Assembly (NCBI RefSeq): GCF_006345805.1
Contig: NC_042999.1
Location: 124,248,001 to 124,312,000, forward strand
DNA from: Octopus sinensis
Taxonomy: Eukaryota
DNA length: 64,000 nucleotides
Direction: 5' to 3'
Shown: positions 38,631 through 50,340 of the stretch, piece by piece
Layout of the letters: every line of letters begins with the position of its first letter
Numbering within the stretch: the first letter of the stretch is position 1
The notes under the pieces: model-generated
What the model saw: the letters and a program-made list of their open reading frames with translations, nothing else
The model's database searches: none
What the model was told of the DNA's origin: nothing
Translations under genes and position numbers: made by a program

Positions 38631-39914
38631 CACACATGCATACGCGCCATTATCATCATCATTTAACATCCACTTTCCATGCTGGCATGGGTTGGACAAT
38701 ATGACATGGAGCTGGCCGGCAGGGAGTTGTCCAGACTCCAACCATTTGTTGTGGCATGGTCTCTATGGCTGGATGCCCTTCCTAATGCCAACCACTTTAC
38801 AGAGTGTGCAGGGTACTTTATATGTGCCAGCAGCATGGGTGCATTTACACAACACCAGCACCTGAAAGGACTAGCCTGTATGTGTAGAAGTGATCAGCTT
38901 CCACCTACCAAATCCACTCACAAGGCTTTGGTCAGCCCAAGGCTATAGCAGAAGACACTTGCCCAAGATGCCATGCAGTTGGACTGAACCTGGAACTATG
39001 TGATTAGGAAGAAAGCTTCTTACCACAAAGCTATGCCTGTGCCTTTAACTAAAATTTTAAGAAATGATTGAGCAGTTAACATTAATTATGAAGTGCAGAT
39101 GATTGATAATCTAAAATGAGCTTGTAATTTTTGTAGTATCTTAGATTGAGGCTTCTTCACTTTGAGGTTAAATCATTTCAAGAACTTTGCTTCTATCCCT
39201 CCTAGTTCAAAAAAATAATTACCAATATCATTTTTTTGGATAGTACAAAACTGAAATGGTTCCAAAGCGAGAGAAATAATTACAATAATGATTGACATTT
39301 TTCTGCGAATGTAAGCTTTCTTATACTTCTTTTTGACAATAAAATTTATTTCCGTCAGTTATGATGAATATGTCTGCTTTTATCTTATTTCTAAGAAATA
39401 AGCAAATGCACACACATGCATGCACACACACACACACACATACACACAAACACACACACACACACACATGCATACAGACGCAGATTTGCATTTTCTAAAG
39501 AGATATAATCAATGTTTAAAGCTGTTCCCAACAGCATCTATCTGTTTTGAAGTATATAACATAATTTATTCAAAGGATTTCTTAGCTGATCATTAATTCA
39601 AGAAAAAATAATTCAAAATACTGGTTATCCATAGAGACTATTTCCAAGCCACATGATATTTTAGGAAACTGTTCTTCTCAAACAACAACTTGTTCATGAA
39701 AGCTGTTATTCCAGTGAGGTGTCTATTTTGAATACATTTTTCTTAGGGGATACCTTGTCCATGGAGACTGTTGTTTTAATTTAGAAACTATTTCTGGAAA
39801 ATAGATTATCAAATAAGAATTGGACAAAGAAAAATTTTTAAACAATCATAATAGTTATTTTAAAATGATACAGAACAGTTTCACTTTTTGTCTCTAAATC
39901 AATACATATATATA

Positions 39915-41330
39915 TCATCATCATCATCATCATCGTTTAACGTCCGTTTTCCGCGCTAGCACGGGTTGGACGGTTCGACCGGGGTCTGGGAAGCCAGGGG
40001 CTGCACCAGGCTCCAGTCTGATCTGGCAGAGTTTCTACAGCTGGATGCCCTTCCTAACGCTAACCACTCCGCGAGTGTAATGGGTGCTTTTTACGTGCCA
40101 CCTGCACAGGTGCCAGGGGGGTCCGACGTCGTCCACGATTGGTTGGAGCTTCTAACGTGCCACCGGACGAAAGCCAGCCAAGGCAGCGCTGGCAACGGCC
40201 ACGTTCGGATGGTGCTTTTTATGTGCCACCGGCACAGAAGCCAGTCGGGGCGGCGCTGGCATCGGCCATGTTCGGATGGTGCTTTTTATGTGTTACCGGA
40301 ACAGAAGCCAGTCGAGGCGGCGCTGGCAACGGCCACGTACGGATGGTGCTTTTTATGTGCCACCGGCACAGGTATCACAACTACTATTTCCATTGATATT
40401 TATTTCGATGTTCATGTTCATGTACTTGACTCAACAGGTCTCCTCAAGCACAGCGGGACGTTCTGGGATCCAGGGTACTTTGAATGGGTAGGGGGCTATG
40501 CGGGACAAGTGCAGGAAGCAGCCCGGGTCTTTGCAGTCACAGCATATCTCCAGAGATCTTGGTCCTTCGCCATTGCCTCAGTGAGGCCCAACGCTCTGAG
40601 GTCATGCTTGACTACCTCATCCCATGTCTTCCTGGGTCTACCTCTCCCCCTGATACCTTCAACTGTTTGGGAGTGGCACTTCTTCACACATCTCTCCTCA
40701 TCCATCCGCAGTACATGACCATACCATCGCAAGTGTCGCTCTTGCACACCACATCTGATGCTTCTTATGTCCAGCATTTCTCTCAGGGTGCTTACACTCT
40801 GTCGTGCGTGCACACTGACATTACACATCCAGTGGATCATGCTAGCTTAATTTATTTCAAGTCTACGCATGTCCTCTGCAGTCACGGCCCATGTTTCACT
40901 ACCGTGAAGCATGGCAGTTCACACACATGCATCATACAATCTACCTTTCACTCTGAGCGAGAGACCCTTTGTCGCCAGTAGGGGTAGGAACTTTCTGAAC
41001 TTTGCCCAGACTATTCGTATTCTAGTGGTGATACTCTCTGAGCATCCACCTCCACTACTAACTTGGTCACCCAGGTAGCGGAAACTATCAACTACTTCTA
41101 GTTTCTCCCCCTGGAGTGTGATGGAATCTGTTTTCTGAGTGTCTGTGGTGCCTATTGTCCTTGTGTATCTGCCGCACATGAAAGCTATCTTATCAGTTAA
41201 TTTCCCTTTGATGTTGCTGCACCTCTTATGCGTCCATAGCTTACATTGGGTGCATCTTATGGAGTTTCTACCTACACCTTTCCTACAGATCAAGCAGGGC
41301 CACCTGCCCGAGGGGGTATGTACATACATA
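39915..41330 (-). mobile_element. 5'-truncated RTE-clade LINE (ORF 41330->40496 with one in-frame stop at 40919), 3' UTR and (GAT)n tail
   Basis: LEVVDSFRYLGDQVSSGGG..LYDACV*TAMLHGSETW..RLRWYGHVLRMDEERCVKKC..GRGRPRKTW..LW. A Cys/His-rich insert precedes this. Confidence 0.95.
40083..40372. repeat. GC-rich 67-bp minisatellite in the RTE 3' UTR (~4.5 units)
   Basis: GGTGCTTTTTATGTGCCACC recurs at 40211, 40278 and 40345, with looser units at ~40083 and ~40145. Confidence 0.9.
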
Positions 41331-41467
41331 CATACATACATAAAGGGTAAAGACCCCCTTCGGTCATGAATGACCATGGGATTGCACCTAGAAAGTTACC
41401 CTCCTAGACACAAGTCCAGGCAAGGTTGTTTATGGAAGACCAGCAGTCGCCCATGCATACCGGCCTC

Positions 41468-41498
<31 letters not shown>

Positions 41499-41525
41499 CT
41501 TTATTTAAAAGCAGCAGAACTTCAA

Positions 41526-41574
41526 CAAAACCTGTTACTCGGAGTTTCACGTTCCCGTTCGTTGGACAGTTTTG
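41526..41574 (-). ncRNA. Hammerhead-like motif, left arm
   Basis: CAAAACTGT CCAACGA ACG(GGAA)CGT GAA ACT(CCG)AGT A ACAGGTTTTG. Confidence 0.55.
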
Positions 41575-41578
41575 TTAA

Positions 41579-41627
41579 CAAAACTGTCCGACAAACTGGA
41601 ACATGAATCTCCGAGTAACAGGTTTTG
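41579..41627 (+). ncRNA. Hammerhead-like motif, right arm (more decayed)
   Basis: CAAAACTGT CCGACAA ACT(GGAA)CAT GAA TCT(CCG)AGT A ACAGGTTTTG. Confidence 0.45.
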
Positions 41628-41725
41628 TTGAATTTCTGCTGCATTTAAATAAAGCATATTACTCTACCCCTGGTATTTGAGTACTCTTTTTTCCATCTTG
41701 TTTCACATTTATGTGTTCACTCCAG

Positions 41726-41799
<74 letters not shown>

Positions 41800-42131
41800 C
41801 TTAATTGAAAGAGGATGTGTGGCATTCAATCTTATAATATACATGTATAGATGTAAGTATGTACATATATGTATGTATAATTGCATATATATATATATAT
41901 ATATACTTTATTTAAAAGCAGCAGAACTTCAACAAAACCTGTTACTCGGAGTTTCACGTTCCCGTTCGTTGGACAGTTTTGTTAACAAAACTGTCCGACA
42001 AACTGGAACATGAATCTCCGAGTAACAGGTTTTGTTGAATTTCTGCTGCATTTAAATAAAGCATATTACTCTACCCCTGGTATTTGAGTACTCTTTTTTC
42101 CATCTTGTTTCACATTTATGTGTTCACTCCA

Positions 42132-42201
<70 letters not shown>

Positions 42202-42431
42202 CTTAATTGAAAGAGGATGTGTGGCATTCAATCTTATAATATACATGTATAGATGTAAGTATGTACATATATGTATGTATAATTGCATATATATATATAT
42301 ATTATTTATATTATTATATGATTGAACACCATGCATCCTCTTCCAAGTAAGTTTTATCCATATACTTGTGCTTCATCCTTTTTTTTGTACACGTTTCATG
42401 ACATCCTGTGCCCACATATATAAATATTATA

Positions 42432-42483
<52 letters not shown>

Positions 42484-42499
42484 TAGACATATATACATA

Positions 42500-42950
42500 T
42501 ATGGGGGAGGGGTGCTGAAACATTCTTGACTTTAAGGATATTGCAAAAGGCCTGGCTGGAGGCCAAATCAATACCCACTCAAATGCAAGTGAAACATGGA
42601 AGAAAAAAACGTGAAAATCTTAAAATGTTGGTTGTCTTTCACCAAATGTACTTAAGAGAATTTTGCACTATGATCATGTCAAAAGGAAGTCTGATGAAGT
42701 GCATTGTCGTGAATACTCCATGGTCCAGTGATTTGACTAAGTATGTAACTGACTAGTCCGACAACAACCAGGTCATTGGTGTGCAAAAACAGCCTTGAGA
42801 TGGTCACCAAGAGAAGAAGAGAAATATGGGGATCCCCACAGTTCACATGGCATTCAGGCAGATTGAAAACAATAGGGGAGAACTGCCACTTGATATTTAA
42901 GGGATGGACTAACTAAACTAACCACATGTACTCAACACTCTTTCTTCTGT
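42500..42950. mobile_element. Mariner-like terminal or internal remnant
   Basis: Starts TATGGGGGAGGGGTGCTGAAACATTCTTGACTT, resembling mariner-type TA-CGAGGG..CTGAAAAGTT TIRs. No intact ORF. Confidence 0.4.
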
Positions 42951-43472
42951 TTTGCATCCAAATATGAAGATATATGTTTTATATTCAAATATAAAAATAT
43001 ATATATACATATATAATTGCTAAAGAGGACCACAAACATTAGGGCAAGGCAAACATCTCAAGTCGTATACATTATTATTATTGGAAAAAATTCAGTCTTA
43101 TCCCCAAGTATCTCCTCTTTAACAATTATATAACCACTACATCGGAAATCTGCAATGGTTCCATAACTACCATCTTGGCTATAATCTTGGAGCCCTAGTA
43201 ATCCGTTACAGCACTTAGCTAGTGTACCTAATCACTACACTCACGGAGTGGTTGGCGTTAGGAAGGGCATCCAGCTGTAGAAACATTGCCAGATAAGACT
43301 GGAGCCTGGTGCAGCCTTCTGGCTTCCCAGATCCACGGTCGAACCGTCCAACCCATGCTAGCATGGAGAACGGATGTTAAACGATGATGATGATGATGAT
43401 GATGATATATGTATGTATGCAAAGTATCGAGGTTTAGTTCACAGATGATCTATATGTCTATATGTCTATGTG

Positions 43473-43508
<36 letters not shown>

Positions 43509-46500
43509 CATATATGTATATACTTATATATACATATATATATATATATAAATATATATACATTTGGCGTTAGGAAGGGCATCCAGCTGTAGAAACACTG
43601 CCAGATCTGACTGGCCTGGTGCAGCCTTCGGGCTTGCCAGACCCCAGTTGAACCGTCCAACCCATGCTAGCATGGAAAGCGGACGTTAAACGATGATGAT
43701 GATGATGATGATGATGATATATACATATACATATATAAGTGGAGGCGCAATGGCCCAGTGGTTAGGGCAGCGTACTCAAGGTTGTAGGATTGCGGTTTTG
43801 ATTCCCAGACCAGGCATTGTGAGTGTTTATTGAGCGAAAACACCTAAAGTTCCACGAGGCTCCTGCAGTGGGTGGTGGCGATCCCTGCTGTACTCTTTTG
43901 CTACAACTTCCTTTCACTCTTTATTCTGTTGGCCTGCTTGCTTAGCCAGCAGGGTGGCATCATTCGAAGGCTAAAACAATGCGAACACATTGTGACCAGC
44001 GATGTGTAGCAACATCTGATGGTCTGGTCGGTCATGTGATATACATATATATATATATGCATACATATATATACATATATACATATCTATATATACATAT
44101 ATATACACTCATATGTATGTATGTATAAACATAAACACACAAACACCTAGATGATATATATATGTTTGTATGTATGTGCATATGTATATGTATTCATACC
44201 CAAATGCACACACATACACATAAATCGTTTTTAATTTATGTCCAAAGGTAATCGACATTTGACTACCCATTTTATTTGAAGAACAATATCTTGAGACAAT
44301 TTAGTTAAATATATAGTATTCTAAAAATTGTAAAAATAAAAAAAAAAATTATATAGAGCATGGTTTAAAAAGCATTGAGGTAGAAGAGAAAACATGTATC
44401 GATTATTTTTTAGTACATTACAAATAATGCATGATGACACCCCCATCCCCATCTGCCTCACAACAACAAAAGCATGAAACAAGCAGAAAAGGACTTGAGC
44501 ATTTTTTTCTGTGCTTGTATGGAATTTTATATTAGAATGACAGCTCGTAACACTCTGTATGCAGCATATATCACTATACAACCAGTTTATAACACTTTTT
44601 GTGTATATATAAATGAATCATACTTTATCCTGATTCAGCAGGGAATTTCCAGTAAAGCTGAATTCTTCCTATTACCATTCAAGTAGTATTCTAAGATTTA
44701 ATGTTTGCTTATGATAACAATTTCTATGTGTCCCATCATATCGATAGAAATACCAGTGATATATAATAATAGGAAACTGATTGTGATGTTGCTATGAAAT
44801 ATATCCTGCTGCAAGTTTTAAGTTTGCATCGTACAGACAACGCTAGTTTTGTTTGAAAAGTACCTACGTTAGGCAGGAAATGTACACTGCTGTGTGTACA
44901 AAAAGACTTAAACACCATGACGCAGCATGACAATGTAAATAGATATATGATTTATTATACTTTGCTACCATGTGATAAAAAGTGAAATCTGTACACAACG
45001 GAAATGTATGAAGGTCATATAAAATGTAGCGTTTTATAAATGATGGTGAATTTGTTTTTTGTTTCTGTTGTTTTGTTTTTGTTTTTGCTTTTATTTTTGT
45101 TGTTTAATTATGCATGGAAAAGTAGTGCCCATGACTTTTGTAGATAGGTGGGATGGGAATTCAAGGGGACTGATGATTTGTGAAGGCAGGATTAGTTATA
45201 GTGATAAATGCAAATCCTAAGAGAGAAGTGCAGTATGTGCAATGAGAGAAGGAGGGAATGGCGTATTAGGTGGACTTCAATGGAAGAGTTGTGGAATGTT
45301 GTGTTATTTTGATGGATCAGAGGTTGTTGTAGATGCATCGGGATAGACAAAGAGAGGAGGCAATATATGTGGACTAGAGGTTGTCATGTATTAGTGAATA
45401 AATCTTTACCAGTCTTTTCAAATAGCCTTCTTTTTGAGATGATGTAGGATGTTTACCTATTTAGAAATAGCATCAGCTTTAATGTGGGATTAGAATACCA
45501 ATGTATATCTGCACATTGGAAAATTAATACCACATTAAGGACGCTTTCATTTTAGAAACAGTGTAAGATCATCATCATCATCATCATCGACATTTGAAAG
45601 TTCATTTTTGATGCTGGCATGGGTTGGACAATTTGAAAGGAACTGGCAAGGCTAGGGGCCACACCAGCTTCCATAGCCTGTTTTGGCTTGGTTTCTACAG
45701 CTGGGTGCCTTTCCTAATGCCAGCTACTTTACAGAGGGTATTGGGTGCTTTTTACGTGGCACCATCACTAGTGCTTTTTATGTGGCACCAGCACCTACAC
45801 CAATGCTTTTTCATGTAACACTTTGGTTTCAGGAACTAAGACGCTAATGTTTATCACTTATTGTATCTCTAGTAGATATTTCTAGATATAACTTTCAGAA
45901 AAGTAAATGTATAAAATATTAATTTCCTTTTGTTGAATTGATAAAGCCCCAAACCAAATTTTCTATAGATTGATGTTGCTAAAGAGAATCAAATACCAAA
46001 TAATATAAATACTTATTTAACATTGTCAGTGGTGTGAAAACAAAGTTATTCCCAATGGGTTTTGAACTCAGTTTACAGAAGAACAAAGCTCAATACGGTA
46101 AAGCACTTAATATGATACTCTAATGTTTCTGCAAAATTGTCACTCTAAAATAGACAATATAAATATTAATGAGGTTTTTTTTTAAAAATCAATAACTCTC
46201 TTATAAAAAGAAAATTATTGTGAGAAAATAATTATATTTATGTTTAGTATCTATTAAATAAACCGTTGGCTACAAGAACATTTCTTTAACCAGACAGATG
46301 TTGCACCCCAAAAGATTCTGTTGCCTGACTAATAAGTTCACAAGTTGATTCTGTTCTTATTCAGATGTTGTTTCTATATATTCTGTTGATATTAATAATA
46401 ACTGATGTAGCTCTTTGGTTTAGCTATGAAATATTATTCTGGTTTACACCATCTCTTTATCGATTAGTGGTGAAATTATAGGTCTAGAATAAATCTTTAG

Positions 46501-48339
46501 TTCACAACAGTAGTATCTGAACAAAAATTATCCTGTAACATATTAAATTGCTGATACACAACTGAAGACCTTCATTTTGGGGTTGTTATGGTATAACTCC
46601 TTTGGCAGGCAATTAAGTTGGCCAACTGACTAAATTTTCTTTCTTCTTTTAGTCAGGAGAGAAGGCATTGTTCACAACCTTTTACAGGGCCTCTCAGACT
46701 AACAGGTGGGAGAGAAAAAGGTATCTTCAAACTAGAGACCTTGCCCAAATGCTTGCAACAGAATGTGCTCTGCTATAAGCATCCAAGGAACAGGGTGGTG
46801 GTATTAAACTGAGCAATGGATTAAGTCTACCACCCAAGTTGGCCATTGCAGGATTTGAACTCGGAACCCAAGGAAACAAAACAGATAGCACAAAGTGTCT
46901 ATTCTGACCTTCTAACTGTTCTGCCAGTCCATTGTTATTGGATTGGTACCTTTTTATTGACCATGAAGAGATGAAAAGCAAAGTTGAACTCAGTGGGTTT
47001 TGTGCAGAAATTCAGAACAAATATTGCAAGGCATTCCGTTCATTGCCTTTATGACTCTACCCATTCACCATTTTAGATTTAACACACTTTTCTGTTGCTC
47101 CAGATTTAGCATTCCTCTCTACTTCATACAGAGAACCATACTACACAATCTGATATACAGTGATAAATCATATAGATTGTAGTGCAACAGTCTGAACACC
47201 TTGTACTCTCTCTACTGTTCAGATTATTTCTATACATCTGTTGTTATTAAATTCTCTGTGTCAGCCTTTATCAAGTATGTCTAGGATCAAAGGCATAACC
47301 ATCTCATTTTAATGTATATTCATGATTACATTATCTAATATATCCATTTTCTATCTTAACACAAGATGATGTGATTTAACAAAGATTTGGCTACTATTTC
47401 TATGACAACATAGAGACGTCCAGGTTGGTTCATACAGTACCATGTGGCCAACATCACTCATGTGCAAGTATGGCTTGGTACTATGTTCTATATTTCTGTT
47501 AACTGTTTTAAGTGCTCATGTAATCAAGAGTAGATATAGATACTCTGTCAGCCCCCTTTTTCTTGACTCAGTGGGATATCTGTGATGTATCACCTGAAGG
47601 AAGAGAACACTACTACAAAACCCTGACTGATACTCGGGTACACATTACAGTTGAGTAAAGTGGATCACTGTGAAAGGAAATATTTCTCAAGGAAACAATG
47701 TGCCACCTAGTCCGGGAACTGAGCCCACAGTCTTATAGTTGTGAGTGGAACACCCTAACCATTAGACTATGTGACTTCATAGGTTATGTAGCCTCTGTAG
47801 ATAATGGTGATAGCAACAGCAGAAACAAAATTAACTCAGTGAGAGCATGTCATTAGTTTGCATCTAATATTTCCTTTATGTAAGGCAGCAGCTGACAGAA
47901 ACATTAGCATACCAGGTGAAATGCTTAGTGGAATTTCGTCTGTCTTTACATTCTGAGTTCAAATTCCACTGCGGTTAACTTTGCCTTTCATCCTTTTGGG
48001 GCTGAGCTAATCGACTGACCCCATCACCTATCCCACCGAAATTTCCGGCCTTGTGCCAATATTTGAAACCAATATTTCTTTCATTTATGCAGTGTGTTAA
48101 TAGCAAGTCACCTTGGCACAGACTATTTTTCTTCAAGATCTTTTCTGTAGCTAAACAAATACATGCGACAGAAGAAAAACTTAAGTTGCTCCAAGCAATA
48201 ATTAATACAAATGTGCATACATGCATACGTGCATACATATATTCATATATATGCATGCATACATTTATACATACATTTATTTTATATGTATACCATAGTA
48301 ATGAAGCTAACTCATGCAGAGTAAAGCTACTAGGTATAA

Positions 48340-48990
48340 ATTGACCTTGAACCCTGCTGTGCATGCGCACTAAGTTTTAGTGTTCTAGCTCACTTGTGCT
48401 ATTTACAGCAGTGCTTGGAAGGAACGTGTGTAGCGTGTGATTGTCATGTTGACCATGACAGAGAAAGTTGAGCAAAGAATCCGTATCAAATTTTGCCAAA
48501 TTTTGCTCAGAGGCCTACGCAAAGTTTTTTAAATGTTTTCATCATTCTTGACACAATCAAGGGTTCTTGTGCAACTGAAACTTGAATGTCTTTTTGGTCA
48601 GCTGAAAATAGTTTTCGCACAAACTTGGCAGACATGCATCTCATACCCAAATCTTCAGTGATAATGGACTGAACTGAACCATAACTAATCTGCACATCCT
48701 CTGATAATTCATGGAGGGTGATTCAATGATTCCCCTGACAGCTGCACACACATTTGTGATGTATTCTCAGTTCTGCTTGTTGCGAGTCTCCTGGAAGGTT
48801 CATCAATATTGACATTTTTCAGCCATCTTGGAAACCTTTGAACCGCACATAGATCCCTTCTCATACACTTTCTGCAAGTATAGTGATGACCACATACTAC
48901 ATATGTTCCTTCCAAGCACTGCTGTAATCAGTAGAAGTGAGCTAGAATACTAAAACTTAGTACACATGCACAGTAGAGTCCAAGGTCAAT
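48340..48990. mobile_element. Non-autonomous mariner derivative with ~115-bp inverted arms and an inverted internal segment
   Basis: Arms ATTGACCTTG..CTGTGCATG.G.ACTAAGTTTTAGT.TTCTAGCTCAC..CAGCAGTGCTTGGAAGGAAC at both ends. Plus strand MTEKVEQRIRIKFCQ..SEAYAK; minus strand LQKVYEK..ISYGSVQSIITEDLGMRCMSAKFVRKL. Confidence 0.8.
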
Positions 48991-49096
48991 ATGAGTCGGG
49001 TGGCTTTGCTCAGCATGCTTTAGCTTTGTTACTATAGCAACAGTCCAGATTCTCATTGATTAGACTTCGCATATATATATATATATATAGTTACAT

Positions 49097-49143
<47 letters not shown>

Positions 49144-49274
49144 ATATATATATATATATAATATATATATATATAAACAAGCACGCATTTTGCATCAAAA
49201 GCCAACTTGAGAGTTTCTCTCATGCCATAGTAGGAATGAATATTATGTATGTATATATATATATACACTTCTAT

Positions 49275-49536
<262 letters not shown>

Positions 49537-49799
49537 CATTGAAAAGAGAGAGAAAGATAGAAAGACACAGAAAGATAGAAAGATAAAGAGACAGAGGAGC
49601 AGAGAGAGAGATACAGACAGACGCATATATACATACATACACACATACATATATACATACATACATACATACATACATGTGACACGTGTGTGGATGTTCG
49701 TGTGTGTGTGTGTGTAAATGTATGTGCACATGTGTGTGTGAAGTGCATTTATCACATCGAAACAGTTCAGTTTCTGTTTAGCTTCAACTAAAAGTCAAT

Positions 49800-50340
49800 G
49801 CAAATCACATGAAAAGCTCACTAAAGTGATAAACGACATTTAACTTACCACAAGCTGGGGAAATTTTCCAAACACTAAATTGTTTCAATCTGCTGGATCT
49901 CGTCAATTTATGTGCATCTTTTATATTAAGCTGTAACTAAGGTCACAATTGGCTGCTTGCTGAACTAATTAAAACTTTTGTGGTGAACAGATCTACCGCA
50001 TGATAAACTCAATCCATTATCATTTTCTAACAACACCACCTAAATCTCAGATGCCTTAAGCAATGTCATCTCTGTGGTAAACATTCAACCCAGGTAAGTC
50101 CCTCATTTGAAAATAATTTCCTCTCCTCCTATTGATATCAGAGGTATTGCAAAAGGCCTTCTCCTACCATTCAAAGAATTTAAAAGAAAAATATAATCTG
50201 TAAAATATGGCTTTATAATACAAATTTTATTGTCTTAGTCATTTTAAATGAAACCCAAGTAAAATCAATAAGTTATGATAAATATAATGCATCTCAGGAT
50301 GAGTGGAAAACTTATCTCTATTTCACCTTTTAACCAATAT
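49800..50340 (+). mobile_element. Decayed hAT (Charlie/Buster-like) transposase remnant
   Basis: AGEIFQTLNCF..GHNWLLAELIK (cf. TGEDIF..GKHSGLVARIK); DALSNVISVVNIQPR; DIRGIAKGLLL.FKEFKRKI (cf. EVRWLSRGKVL.RF.EL..EI); YDKYNASQDEWK. Confidence 0.55.

Larger units (their letters stand above)
41499..41654. mobile_element. 156-bp fold-back (palindromic) element centred on GTTAAC, probably inverted Penelope-like termini; duplicated at 41906-42061
   Basis: Arms CTTTATTTAAAAGCAGCAGAAC..GGACAGTTTTGTT | AACAAAACTGTCC..TTCTGCTGCATTTAAATAAAG. A ~70-bp unpaired tail follows on the right. Confidence 0.9.
41480..42300. repeat. Tandem duplication, unit ~405 bp, junctions in (AT)n
   Basis: Unique portions are identical by eye at offsets 407 and 402; only the (AT)n lengths differ. 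Confidence 0.95.

Noticed and set aside
40083-40372. Regularly spaced repeats that superficially resemble a CRISPR array
   Set aside because: Whole 67-bp units are repeated with no unique spacers, inside a eukaryotic LINE 3' UTR, and there are no cas genes.
46653-46720. Strong acceptor CTGACTAAATTTTCTTTCTTCTTTTAG with possible donors
   Set aside because: No recognisable peptide in any frame and no partner exon; cannot be supported without RNA data.
49849-49930. Minus-strand exon candidate LNIKDAHKLTRSS.. (LRR-like when joined to 52166-52215)
   Set aside because: Weak acceptor, and it is antisense to the hAT remnant.
50051-50093. Apparent 43-nt exon DALSNVISVVNIQP with a CAG|GTAAGT donor
   Set aside because: Flanking frames continue hAT transposase motifs on both sides, so the splice signals are probably coincidental.
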